In this document: positions 1 to 12,385 of the stretch, in pieces
Position numbering within the stretch: position 1 is the stretch's first letter
Layout: each line of letters begins with the position of its first letter
NCBI GenBank assembly: GCA_023515725.1
Contig: JALDTO010000208.1
Location: 778,534-842,533 of the forward strand
Length of the DNA stretch: 64,000 nucleotides
DNA from: Amoeboaphelidium protococcarum X5
Lineage: Eukaryota > Fungi > Aphelidiomycota
Direction of reading: 5' to 3'
Program-made: the position numbers and the translations under genes
Notes under the pieces: generated by a model
Seen by the model: the letters and a program-made list of their open reading frames with translations, nothing else
Told to the model about the DNA's origin: nothing
Databases searched by the model: none

Positions 1-151
1 TCCACCAAGTATTTTGTAGTAAAGAGAAAAGATGGCGCACAGATGTAAAAAAGCTGATATAGTAAATAGCGATTAAAGAGTGTAGAATGATAAATATCAA
101 TAAAGAATATCATAAAATATAAAGAGATGATTTCATGTATTATTAGAGAAA

Positions 152-484
152 TCACTTCTTAATCTTTTGTGCCTTGAGAACCTTCTTCACAATCTTCTGT
201 TCCTCAATCAAGAAAGCACGCAGAATTCTCTACTTCACACAGTCTGCACATCTGGAACCGCCATATGCACGAGTAACATTCTTTTGACGCTTGGAGATCT
301 AGCTGTACTCTCTTGGGCGAAGTGCTGGAATACCGGAAAGTTTGCATCCACAATCTCCACACTTGACACCGCTTGATCTCTTCTTCACATACTGCACAGT
401 CAGAGTGCCACCAGGAGTCTTCAGCTGGCGAATTTTATTAGACTCAGTGTTATAAGACAATCTACGTTTATAAGTGACGCGCAT
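152..484 (-). CDS. RPL34: 60S ribosomal protein L34 (eL34), 110 aa
   Basis: MRVTYKRRLSYNT..KTPGG..CGDCGCKLSGIPALRP..[TAG]ISKRQKNVTRAYGGSRCADCVK[TAG]RILRAFLIEEQKIVKKVLK. Two in-frame TAG read as Gln; TGA at 152-154. Confidence 0.96.
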
Positions 485-798
485 ATTTATATTATTTTAG
501 GATCTATTCTTATACGATGAGGGATACTAATTAGGAAATTATGATGGCTTAATCTCTCTGGCAATTCCGAGCGCGATTTGAATGAGCAAAGAATTGTTCG
601 TCTTTTGATTAAGGTTAGGTTGGAGACCGCGCGGCTCTCATGAAGACAAGGAAGTCCGTAAGCGAGAGAGATAACAAAGGAGGAGAAAACACAGTAACAG
701 CTACAGTAAAGAACTACAGTAGAAGTAACATGGGAAGTTAGATACAATTTTCAGTAAGAGATATAGCGTATGTATTTAGAGGTACATTTTAATACAAA

Positions 799-1578
799 TC
801 ACTTTTTGGCAGGTTCATCCTTCTTATCGGAAGCATTACTTGCAGCAGGGATCTGTGGTTTGCCTTGTCCAGTCTGCTCCCACGGCGACTGATAATCAAA
901 GTAACGGAACGCCTGAGCCAGTTCAAGCTTCTCAGTGATGACGCGCTTCTTCTCTTCATCCCATCTGACTTCAGTGTATCCAGTCAGGGGAAAATCTTTA
1001 CGCAACGGGTATCCTTCAAAGCCGTAATCAGTCAGAATTCTTCTCAAATCCGGATGGCCCTCAAAGAAGATGCCGTACATGTCATACACTTCTCTTTCGT
1101 GCCAATTGTTACCAGGATATACTTCACACGAGCTAGGAATCACCAGCGTGGAGTTCTCATCCGTGTAAGTCTTCACCCGTAGGCGAGAATTATACTTGTG
1201 AGACAGCAGGTTGTACACCACCTCAAATCTGTACTTGCGTCCGGGATAATCAACTCCGGCGACATCAACGCATTACTTGAATTAGCAGGCGTGGTGCAGC
1301 TTCAAGAACTTTAGCAGCGGAAGTAGAGATTGAGGATGAGTGTAGAGACACAGCTCGTTCTTATACAGCGATACCTGCTGAATATGGGCCGGGACCATGG
1401 ACATCAAGTACTAGCCATATTTATTCAAATCTCCATGCGAGTGATTAAAATGCGATTCAACTCTTGCATACTAAGTATTGTTATCAGTTGCAGCTGCTGT
1501 AGCGAAGAATCTACGGTAAGATGGAGCAACCAAGCGGGCTTATCTTTACAAATTAACACTCCTCAATGATGCAAGCAT
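799..1578 (-). CDS. NDUFS3: NADH:ubiquinone oxidoreductase 30 kDa subunit (complex I), mitochondrial precursor, 259 aa
   Basis: Arg-rich leader [29 protein letters not shown]; motifs [62 protein letters not shown]. Single frame with TAR=Gln. Confidence 0.95.
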
Positions 1579-1787
1579 TTCAATGTCTCTTCAATATTAT
1601 TATCGCTTTTACCAGTAGTAGAGAGAAGTGATAATATCAACGTCTCCTTCAGTAATTATAAATGACGTTAAACGCTCAAAGAAAGGAATGGCCAAATGGC
1701 GAGAGGGAGCGACCATAATGATTTTCTCTCCAAAGTCGCTTCTCTATCGATTAGATTGACCACTGTCTCTTATATAGTATAGATATA

Positions 1788-2543
1788 ATGTCTTTTACGC
1801 ACTAAAGTAAGCGATTACTATCTAGTAGCTCAATGGCAAGGATGCCACGTCTGTATGAAAAGATTATGACGCCGCCTAGTCTGCTTAATAGATTAACACC
1901 GGCCACCGTTGAGAGGATAGAGAACGCGTCCGCGAGTAAGTCATAGTCGCGTACTAGGAGTCTGCTGACTGAATAGAGGAGATAAGCCAGATTGCGGAAG
2001 AGATATGGCTAATTCTATGATAGGTTTATGGCCGCTGGACAGCTGGACCGCGTTAGGTAGTAGTAACACGTTGCTTTTGAACACGCTTAATATCATTAGA
2101 CGTTCCCCGTTAATCTTACTCAGACTGATGGATCTACAGTGACTTATCAGTCGTGTCTTAAAATTGGAGTTAAAGCGGGAACTCCAATTATTAAATAGAC
2201 TGATATCATGGGTAAAATTGAGGCTGTTAAAGACACTATTAGCCATCCGCTGTGGAATGACGTTGTCGGTGGTAAAGATGATATGGTGGATGCAGCGAAT
2301 GAGTCTTTTGCGCGCTTTAGATCTAAATACGAATCTGCTGCAGGTGTCGCTGATCTGACAGCTGATGATAGTGAGAAATAGTTGGAAGTTACTTAGGATG
2401 ATGGTAAGAAACAGACCAAGAGAGAGAGCGTTCAAGATGTATTGGCATCTCTGTCTGTAGATGAAAGTCTGAATTCACTTTTTGAGGTACAACAGAAGAA
2501 AATTACCACCAGCTCTCAGCAAAAAGGCAAGCGTAGAAAGTGA
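1788..2543 (+). CDS. Mitochondrial ribosomal protein bL31m (yeast MrpL36-like), 251 aa
   Basis: Continuous TAR=Gln frame from ATG 1788 to TGA 2541-2543, absent from the ORF track. Basic/Ser-rich leader; motifs TFPVNLTQTDGSTVTY, HPLWN, FARFRSKY and a basic tail resemble the fungal MrpL36/bL31m family. Confidence 0.7.
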
Positions 2544-2643
2544 AATAAATTAAAAAATTATAGCGATAGGTGGAATACTTTAATCTTATTACTATACGAT
2601 CTCACTAAGAATCACAGAAAGTTTAACTTACTATCAGAATCAC

Positions 2644-3780
2644 TCAAACGAACTGAGCCAAGTTGACGACAAAAGCAATGTTCAGCTGAGTGAAGGATAC
2701 CATGTGATCAAAATCCAACTTCTCAATAGTGTCTCTAGGACTATGAATGACGGGATTGATTTCTCTGAACAGGCCTTCAAATGGCGCAGCACTAGCATAA
2801 CCAGCCTTGGTCCATGACGCGTGATCGGAACAGCCGTATCCACACTTGGTATCCAGCGGCTTCTCATCAGTGTACTTGGTAATCCAATCCTTCAACTTCA
2901 GAGTCAACTGCGGGTTAGTGAAATCATTCAGCACACCAATGTGGCGGTTACCAGAGCGACGCGTCTGTGGATCAACGTATCCAGTCATATCATTCTAGAT
3001 CATTGCGATAACTTTACGACCCTCCTGTGCATAAGCCTTAGCCACATCCTGGCTGCCCAGCAGACCCAGCTCCTCGGCGGCATACCAGTGGAACTCGACA
3101 TCATGCAAGGGCTGAAAGTCATCATTCAGAGACAATACGGTGAAAGCTTCCAGAGTGGAGGTAGTACCGGATCCATCATCATCGGCACCAGGGGCTTTAC
3201 CAGCACGGTTGAACTGATTAATTGAATCCTAGTGTGCACCGATAATCACACTCTCACCCGACTCCCAGTACCCGTGAATCTTGGCAATGATACTGAATTG
3301 GGCAAATTTGTGGGTGAACTTTGAGACGGTAATGTTCAAATGACTCTCTGCTGCGATTTCATTAACGTAATCAAACAGAAATTGGGCAGACTTGACACCA
3401 TCACCTCTGGTATATCGATTATGGAAAGACGAGAATTTTTCCAGGAAGGATCTCATACGCGTCTGGTTAATGTCCCTATTGAAGTATTGGTCCATGAACT
3501 GACGCGTTGGCTCACTATCCTCCGACTTGAAAGTGATAGGAGAATGCTCCACCAGATTTCCAACAGCGGCAAGATCCTGATTATCAGTGATATCCATAAA
3601 ACCGATATTCTTCTAGATCAGATGGTCGATCTCTTGCTCAGTCATCCATTGCTGTTCAGTGGGACTCAGCTCGATGAGGCGCAAGTCATTCTACTGCAGT
3701 GCAATTTACTACTGTCCGGGGATAGCGATGGCACTAATCACACAGATTGAGGACGCCCAGAGCGCAATCAGATTATTCAT
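2644..3780 (-). CDS. Secreted leucine aminopeptidase, peptidase family M28, ~378 aa
   Basis: Signal peptide; FMDITD propeptide motif; IIGAH[TAG=Q]DSIN, APGADDDGSG, WYAAEELGLLGSQ, DMTGY, CGYGCSDHASWTKAGY. Alternative in-frame ATG at 3789. Confidence 0.93.
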
Positions 3781-4609
3781 AATATACATGATATACTGAG
3801 ATGCTTTACTATTAAAAGATATGTTGATGGTATAAAAAACGGGAAAGAGTAAGGTTGATCTCAATGGCGACGAGAAAGAGCGTACTTCATCAAGGGGGGC
3901 CTTCGCTCGATCTATGAGGGGCTTCCGTCATCTGTATGATCTTTATGATAGAACCAACTCGAGCAGAAAATATACCGATGATTGTATAATCGTGTTTAAG
4001 AATTGCTTAATAATAGGGGACTGTGAATTTTACGACGAAACACCATTTTCAATGTTCAAAAGTTGATGATGAATGTCATATATGACGTGTTGACTTTACA
4101 GCAGTAATCAAAGATCATTAGTAGAATTCGCGCGTTTGATCAACCATAATCTAACATATGACACCTTTATGTTCATTTCGCAACACCAAAACTCATTCTG
4201 CGTTTTTGCTGACTGCTTTAGCTTATTCAGTATGGTCGATAATATATATCTTTATAGTTTTTAAGTCCCCGCAAGTTGTCAACTCAATGTACTGTCACAT
4301 TCTAGTTTCTAGAGTTTCTTGTCCGGATATTCTAATATCTAGACTCTGCCCCTTAAAGACGGGACTTCCTGCTGCGCATATGCTGATTGCTGTGGGTGAT
4401 AAAGTATGCTTAATATTGTATATCTATTTTTTTACAGGTTTACTGAAATTACCTGCTGACTGTGATATCATGATAGAACAAGAGTGATGAAACTATGGCC
4501 ATTTTTTAAAAGTTTACAATTCACAAACATCAAATCATATTGTACAGTACTACTATATCATCGACGAATAATATACCACGAGCAAAGTTATAAACAAAAT
4601 AGCACCAAA

Positions 4610-6568
4610 TCACATGCATTCTGCAGGTATAGTCTTGTCAGCGCGACCACCTCTCTTTGCCTTCAGTCCCAGTCCTCTTCTGACAAAAGTGTTCCAGATC
4701 ATGCAATAGTTTTCGCCATTAAAGTTGACTTCATCAGCTTTCAGAATTGCATCACGAGCATCGACAAACGATGGACGGCATGGTTGAATTTTCATTCCAT
4801 CAATAACATTCTTCATCAATTTAATATTTCCAGCCAGCGAATCTCTTGCACTTACATTCTTGAAATCGCGAATAGAATACCAATCCTTGTTGAAACCATA
4901 CTTGTTTACGAAAGCCCAGTATAGATCATACAGCATTGTAGCCCAGACAGTTCCAATTGAATGCACCTGGCGGTACTCTCTCATCACATTCCCATAGTGC
5001 AGCGGGTTGATACTCATATCGATAGAGTAAGGAAACTGACGGATACCTCTACCGGCAGCGTACTCCCCTAGTCTCACAATCAGCTTATCGGTGTCAGTCT
5101 CCTTCATACGCAGTGAGGTGCCCACAAAGTCGGACCAAGCCTCACCAAGTCCACCAGACTCTCCAAATCCAAGACAATTGGAATTAGCCGGACCTCCAGT
5201 GAGACGAGTAGAGATACCATGCGTGTACTCATGAATAATAATATCATTTTCAAAGTCACCATCTCTCATAGGCTTATGCATGTTCCACACATACATTCTC
5301 ATTCTTCCCTTAAATCCATCTGGAGGAGATGCAAAGTTGGCATTATTGTAGCCTGAGCCATCTTGAGCATTTGCAATAACAGCATCGTTTCCTCTGCCAC
5401 CCCTACCAAAATTGTCTTCCTAAAAGTTGCCAGACTGCTCATCAAATCCAAATAACAGAAAAATGTCATGGACAATGTTGTTGTAGTAGAACAAATTATC
5501 GATTGAAGCATTGATGTAAGTGTCTGGCTGCTTGGACAGATCAAGGTCATGGTTGAAAGTCTTGACATCATCAACAATCTCAGCCTTTGGACGATAGCTG
5601 TTCTCAAAGTTACCGCGACCGTTTGGATTAGACTGCGCATAAACGTTGTTTCCTGCAGTCTGCAACTGGAACTTGGCACGTCTCGAGTCATTTTTATCAA
5701 ACATCCAACCCTTAGGAGATGCATACTCATCTTCAGGATCTCTCACCACGGCGCGTTCTCCATCCGTAGGATCATTCACACCCAAAGGATAAACGTTGTA
5801 AGCAGTGGCTTCACTAACCCAGTCAACCAATTGCAAAACATTGCCGTTCATATCTATCTGAACGTTAAACCAGTTATCTTGATCAACCATATCAGCAGAA
5901 ATATCCCAAACAGGAACGATACGCTGCTCTTCGGTGATCAAGTAACGCTGCATCATCTTGACTTCATTATCATTGGCAAAATCAACATTAGTCACCACGA
6001 CTACAGCCTCATCATCGTTCTCAGTCTGACCAGGGAAGACGGAGTCATCATCATTCAGCAGAACAGTGGTCAGCAGAGACTGATCCGGAGCAGGAACGTT
6101 AACAAACTCTGCCAGCTTGATTACAGCCTGTACAGGGTCCACTGGCTGTTTCATCACAAACTAATCCTCAGATTCAGAACCCCATGACTAATCTTCAGGT
6201 ACCTGGTCCCCTTCATAGAATGTGTGATACATTGACAAGACACGGCCGAATTCATCAACGTTGATATTGGCATCGGCATTCACAATCTCAGCACCATCAT
6301 AAATTTGACGCAGGTAGACATGGGTGACACCATTATCACTCTTGTAATGATTCTTCACCTTGAAAGAGTAGGAATCAGAAGTTGTTACAGCCTTCTCAAA
6401 GAACGTTGTTGCAACAGTCAGCGGATCGGCTGACGTGGCCTCAGTAAGATGAGCGTTCAAACCAGCCCCTGCAAAAGACTTGGTTTCAATCTGAGGACCA
6501 AAACCAGTAATATGCAGCCTGCAAGTCACAACAGAAGCAAGAGTTAACAAAGATATCACAGACAACAT
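4610..6568 (-). CDS. Fungalysin extracellular metalloprotease (M36) with FTP propeptide, 652 aa
   Basis: Signal MLSVISLLTLASVVTC; GVTHVYLRQ FTP motif; GNF[TAG=Q]EDNFGRGG, NAQDGSGYNNANF, HEYTHGISTRLTGG zinc motif, GEAWSD. The three track ORFs are one frame. Confidence 0.95.
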
Positions 6569-6863
6569 ACAAGATAATATGAGATTTCTAAACGAGTATA
6601 AGTACAAGTAGTTGAATGATAAGATGAGATAAGACAAGATGGCCGACGGGGACGATGACTCCAAACTTGAATGTTTCGCGTTTTGAAACAACAGTTCTGT
6701 TTCAGAAAAATCACTTTCGCGTTTGTGGTAGTTTTCCCATACAGAAAAGTAAATGGATGCGATGCTATGAACAAGCTGATCAGCAAGTAGTAGGAGCAAT
6801 GTATTAAAATCAAACAGAAGGCAAAACAATAAGCACTACAAAGCTAGTAAGAAACACTAAACT

Positions 6864-7532
6864 TCAAATATTAATAGTGGCAGCTGTGATCAACTCACCA
6901 TCCCAATTTGATTTCTCTGCAGCGTCCATCATAACGTGAGCCGCGTCCTCGTATGAAACATGATCTCCACAATCACGATTAATCTTAGGCGTTATCATCG
7001 GGGAGGATTTCTTTCCCTTGCCGCTCATGTAGCCGGGGCAAAACACAACATATTTAATACCAGTTGCGCGAATAGCATCAATACACTTCCCGTGCGCGAT
7101 AAAAGCTTCTTCTGCAGGAGGCCAAGACGATATGATTTTCTTCCACATTGGAGTCGTGCCATCATTGTCCATAATGTTGGTCAGTCCGGCAACATGGACG
7201 ATCTTCTTCACACCTGCGACCTTTGATTGTTCAGCGACAATTCGGGCAACATCTTCTGCGCCGCCGACGCCCATCAATACTACATCCTAGCCTTCACATG
7301 CTTTTTTCACAATATCAGTATCTGTGGCTGCATCGCCGATATAAATATTAGACGCTGGCAAAGAGAAAACAGTTTCGGCAAATACAACCGCCAACTTATC
7401 TTAGTTCCTTACTAAAACCGATAGAGAGTGTCCACGGGCAAGACATTCATGCACCAAGCTCTTTCCAAGACCACCAGTAGCACCAACCACTAAAATGGAA
7501 AGAGGTTTCTGACTAACGGAGGATGTTGACAT
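6864..7532 (-). CDS. NAD(P)H-binding atypical SDR (flavin reductase/NmrA-like Rossmann fold), 222 aa
   Basis: ILVVGATGGLGKSLVHECLARGHSLSVLVRN glycine-rich motif; C-terminal VSYEDAAHVM. Confidence 0.85.
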
Positions 7533-7746
7533 CTTGTTAAAATGTTTGATTGATTGAGAGAAAACGCGAAAACTCGATAGAATGATGAGGCTATGTCTGA
7601 TCAGCCGTTTGTCGCTTCAGGAAAAGAAAGGACCAATCTGAGAGTAAATCAACTCCCCGTGACAAATGAGATGAGATAAAAACAGACCAATAAAAATCCA
7701 AAACTCTTTAATTAGCTCACTAGACTTTTCAAAAATTATTTTGTAA

Positions 7747-8322
7747 TCAGATGAGAGCTAGAGCACCCAAGATACCTGCACCAGCAGCAAATACTGAACC
7801 GGATAAAGCATGACCAGCGGCGCGTCTAAATGGAGTAGGCAGTATCACGGTGGACGATGTTTATGGCTGGACGTTGTTGATCGGAGCGCCATTAAAGACC
7901 ACAACCACATCGGTAGGAATTACAGAGGGATACACATCCACAGTTGTAGTAGATGGAGTAATGGTAGTGAAGATTGTAGTGGCAGTGAGCGCAGTTTCTG
8001 TAGTACCAACTATTGACGTGACGGTAGTTGAATCAAACACAGTGGACGTTGACGCAATGACGGAGGTTGCACTTGTCTCCACGACATTCACGGTAGATGT
8101 ACTCACAACAACTTCGCTGGTCACTACAGTGGACGTGCTATCTGGAAGAGTGGCAACACTGGTGACTACAGACGACGCTTCAACCACAGCGGTAGACACT
8201 ACAACAGCATCACTTGGTGTGGAGGCGACCACCTCACTCACCACAGACGCGACAGGATCTGAAGGAGATTAAGCCGACACCATCGCCGCGGCTATCGTAG
8301 CAATTACAATACAAAACTTCAT
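7747..8322 (-). CDS. Secreted Ser/Thr/Val-rich mucin-like protein, probable GPI anchor, 191 aa
   Basis: Signal MKFCIVIATIAAAMVSA; low-complexity S/T/V stalk; hydrophobic C-terminus SVFAAGAGILGALALI before TGA. Confidence 0.8.
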
Positions 8323-9455
8323 GTTTTTAGTTTTACTACGGGTATATGATAATTTCGCTATACAGTGTACAACTTTGTGAAGCTAGAAGGAGATATTTCT
8401 GACGCGTTTTGCAATTGGATTAGCTCAAGTCTTGGCAAGCGCCTCCTGATTTTTCAGGGACTCCTTACACGGTACAATACTGTCACCAGGCAACCTACTG
8501 ATTTAAAATTGAAAGAAGAAGACCCATACACTACCTAAAGCCATAGTTTCCAATAATCTGAATAACTGTTATGAACTTTATTTATATCATTTGCCGTGTC
8601 TTTACTCTTTCCTGTTGTACAAGTACATTGATCGATACAAAACAAACTCGTTAATTTTAGATTAGAACGGAAAATGGCTACACATCATTAGATTATTAAA
8701 TAGTTAAAGAACTACAGATTACACTACTATAAAGCTTACATTATTTCTGATTATCGAGCAGATAGAGGCTACAATCCAGATAATCGCAGTACCGATGACT
8801 TTGGCGACAACACAATAATCATGTCATATTCTTTAACGTCTACACTCTCATGACAGGCGGTAAAAACTCACGATGATCAGAATCGGAACAAACATACCTT
8901 ATACAACTTTAGAATACAGCGATTAAATTTTCAGGAAATCCGCGCACTTTTGACCTTCAATTTGAAAACTTGACGGTGAACTTTAACGATACCCATATAG
9001 ATCGACGGAAGATACAAGCATGCTTGATCGCCATTGTTAGAGCGCGACTAATTCATGTGTGGAGACAGGTTGGCCAAGTCTTTATAAATCCCTGCACTTG
9101 ATAGATTCTTCTCCTTAGCCACAATGATAATCCTCACCATCATCCAGCAATATTGCAACGTGTCGAGGAACTTTTGTGAATTATTCTACTGGCAGAAGGT
9201 AGAATCGATATAGCCACAACGCATATACAATGTAGATTTCAACTCGGTTTCTCACTCGTTCAAGTAAATAGTACGCTTTAAAGAGCAGTCCAACTAGATA
9301 TAACACGACCCAGGGATAAGACTTATGCTCCAGACGGCTAATTTATTACTACTCCACAGACATTTTATAAATTGACTAATTTTAAATCGCAAACTAAAAT
9401 TGTATCAAAATGGACAAATGGATAAAAAATGAAACCATCAAGATTAAAAGCATCA

Positions 9456-11477
9456 TCAGCGATCTATTGGGCAACAACAATAATAAATTAAGGCGGCAGT
9501 AATGATAAATAAGGTTATGAATATGTACACTGAAGCAACAATGGGAGCAGCGCGTTTTTTAACGTCGGCGATGAAGTGTTGTCTGGCCTTTGGTAATACA
9601 ATATCTGCCCAAGACAAGTATTTTAACTCACCTTGATCAAACAACTGTCGATCGGACGCGTTCAGACTTTGAATATAGGACTACAAATGCAGAAAGGCGT
9701 CAAACTTCTCCTTCTATCCAGGGAAATGAACCAGGAAATCTCCATCATAATACTGCACACCACAGTAATCAATGCCATATGAATTAAGCAGAAAGAGAGG
9801 AACCACAACCAGCTTACTTTCAATTTCATTTTCGTCTCTGTGTCTCAATAAATATGATATCGCGCCTTGCTCGTGAAACTTGAAGAGAAACTCATCCTAA
9901 TCCCTCATATCCCAGATCTATTGGAAGAATTAACGGGACCAGTCAGACACTTTTACCATGAAAGAACCAGCATTCAAACCATTGCAATCGCTAGTGATAA
10001 TTAATTAAAAGTCTTAAGGTCGACCCTTCTATTATATCAAATTCTGGTATTCAGCCTCAGCCAATATGGATTCAAGCTATATATTGTCATTCATCAAAAT
10101 CACATCAGAATCCACTACCCATATCCAGGAATCATTAGCTTTCTGTTCTTTAAGTAGCTCATTGAGTCGGTAAATTTTGTTCCAAACACCGTGGACTTGG
10201 CCTTGTGTGTGATCAACCAGTTCAACATGGAATTAGTATCCTTATTTTTTAGCATAAGTTTATATACTTCGCCACCCGGCAACATTGAACTGATGTTGAC
10301 CACTTTCAAAAGTCAAAATATCAAATAGCATTGACTAATTACCATGTCGGTTCTTCCATAGCTTACAGTAATGACATTCTCTATTACGAATAACGTGATT
10401 CCTAATGTATACTCTTGATTGTCGGATAGATTCCCACCAAAGCCGCTAAATGGCCTTATTCCTCCAGTCATCTTACACCCAAAATTTATCGTGTACAAAC
10501 GCAATCTTCCTCTTACTAATAGCATTATAATCTGTAAGCCACTAGGCATTGTATTCATATGGCATATTCAACCATTCTCTATGTCTCAACTACTTCTCCA
10601 ACTATCCTCTCCGAAAATAGTAATTAAATAGACCCTGCTCCATCCAGCCAACATCATACAAATCTGATCGTGGAGCAGTGTCTATAAGTTCCTTGTAGAC
10701 GCGACAGGATGGCCTAGTTACAAACATTCCAGCATTAAAGGAACCTTTGAGTTTATAATCTTCAGCAGCGGCAAAGTACTAATCTCTCTTTTACGCCTTA
10801 AATTTTTGTACAGTGTCCTTGAGCCAATGAAATAACTCATCACGTCGATGTACATAGAGCATATCAGAATCCAGATACATTATCAAATCGTAGAAGACAA
10901 ACCGAAACATTTGCAATTTAGTAAAACAGTCCTTCCATTGACCAGTATTCTAAATACCAGGAATACGCACAAGAGGCACCTTTATAACGCGGGCACCCAT
11001 TTACACAAATTCATCAGCAATCAACTGAGGTATAGTCTCGCCAATGAGAACAACAAACTCAAATGATTACCTATCAACTATCCGTGTATTATTATGAATT
11101 AGGAATCTATATGCAAGCAATCTAACACTCTCTAAATAGCTATTAAGCCCATTCTTAAGAGGTACATCAGTCAGCATGGTAATTATGGCAATCGGAGCGA
11201 AAGTTTTAGACTTGGGAGACGGGGAGACTGAAATGCGCTCACTATCCTTCTTATCTTACATTAGAGGGGAACAACTCGTATCCAGAGTCTTTGTATTATT
11301 ATGAAGACGAACGAAATCACCATCATTTAAATAAGGGAGGTCATTGCGTGATTTCTGCAAACTAAAGTCATGCCATGAAGCAATAGATTGACTTTGCATA
11401 TGCAGATATACTATACTTATGACCGACACAGCGACTGTGCCAATGAGAGCAATTTTCACTTTACTACTCAAACGCAT
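9456..11477 (-). CDS. Bifunctional glycosyltransferase: GT8 (glycogenin-like) + GT34 (GMA12/MNN10-like) fusion with N- and C-terminal TM helices, 673 aa
   Basis: One TAR=Gln frame. GT8: TKLQMF..YLDSD..FNAGMFVTRPS..EQGLFNYYF..PYEYNA..VHDKFW. GT34: VWNKI..WIWVVDSDVILMN..DCNGLNAGSF..HEQGAI..NSY..GDFLVHFPG. Confidence 0.85.
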
Positions 11478-11787
11478 TCTACTAATAATGATGATGAAAT
11501 GAAAATTTATTTTATCAATTCCAACCGCATGGAACTAAATAAATGCCAGCAAAGATCGCGGCCAAGTGAAGTTAATACAACGAGTAGAAAGAAACGCGCA
11601 ATCTCTCTTATAATGTTTCAAAAACTTATTGACGCGTGGATGGTCAAATGTGGCCTTACTCGATTCAGGATACATTTTAAACGCTAATAAGCCGTGTTTA
11701 GAGCCCCTGAATTCAATAACTTTTTCATTATGTTGACATAACTTTTTTTGAATTGATAACTATCATCGTATTATATCTACTAGTGTG

Positions 11788-11806
11788 GGCGCGCGTTCCG
11801 CGCGCC
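11788..11806 (-). other. Helitron 3' subterminal hairpin (8-bp GC stem, 3-nt loop)
   Basis: ggcgcgcg-ttc-cgcgcgcc is a perfect inverted repeat in very AT-rich context, 4 nt from CTAG. Confidence 0.85.
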
Positions 11807-11873
11807 GATGAAGTTTCACAGTTGTATAAGTTTCTTCTAAGTTTTTATTCTTTTTTTTCACTATTAAAAGCGT

Positions 11874-11972
11874 TCTATAACATCATTATTACAACATTAC
11901 GAAGTGTATCACTTGCAGAGAAGACTATATCTCCTGTGATGATCTTACGCTGGTAAATGCAACATGCAATTA
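11874..11972 (-). pseudogene. Degenerate remnant of Helitron RepHel (Pif1-type helicase) C-terminus
   Basis: Minus strand reads [TAA=Q]LHVAFTSVRSSQEI / frameshift / VFSASDTLRNVV / frameshift / NDVI, matching the RepHel end (G)QLYVALSRVRS....TKNVVYxEVL. Confidence 0.65.
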
Positions 11973-12385
11973 GCATCATCCTTATATAAATGCTTCTTAC
12001 AAAAATATGAAATTTCTTTTTCACTGTCGCACCTATCGCCGCCATTGTAATATCCACTGTCTCTTTCATATATACATATACACTGGTTTGTATCCATCAC
12101 TATTAACGCGTTTTGATTAATCTTTTAATATTTAAATGTTTAAATCTGAACTTTGGCTATATGATGTAAAATATTTAAGTTGACTTAGTTTCATATAAAT
12201 GATGTTATAGGCTATTTTTATTCTTATTTTTGGAGTTTATTTTTAGACATGTCTTCGAACTTAAATTACAAAGTAAATAGAACTTCACAATGCACAGCTA
12301 GCAAAGCTAAACGACTTAAATTGTAAAATATTATTCAAATTCCATTCATTCATTCATTACTACCGCATTGTTACCCATATTCATT

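Noticed and set aside
487-747. 86-aa minus-strand ORF upstream of RPL34
   Set aside because: No recognisable motif; occupies the RPL34 promoter/5' region.
4158-4487. 109-aa ORF and small TCTAGA-rich palindromes between the two peptidases
   Set aside because: No homology cues, AT-rich, and the palindromes are too short to be significant.
8675-9300. Possible decayed gene (59-codon ORF from ATG 8675 and further short open stretches)
   Set aside because: Broken by TGA in all frames examined and no recognisable family; cannot support a call.
11875-12069. 64-aa minus-strand ORF as an independent gene
   Set aside because: Overlaps the frameshifted Helitron helicase relic and is better explained as decayed transposon sequence.
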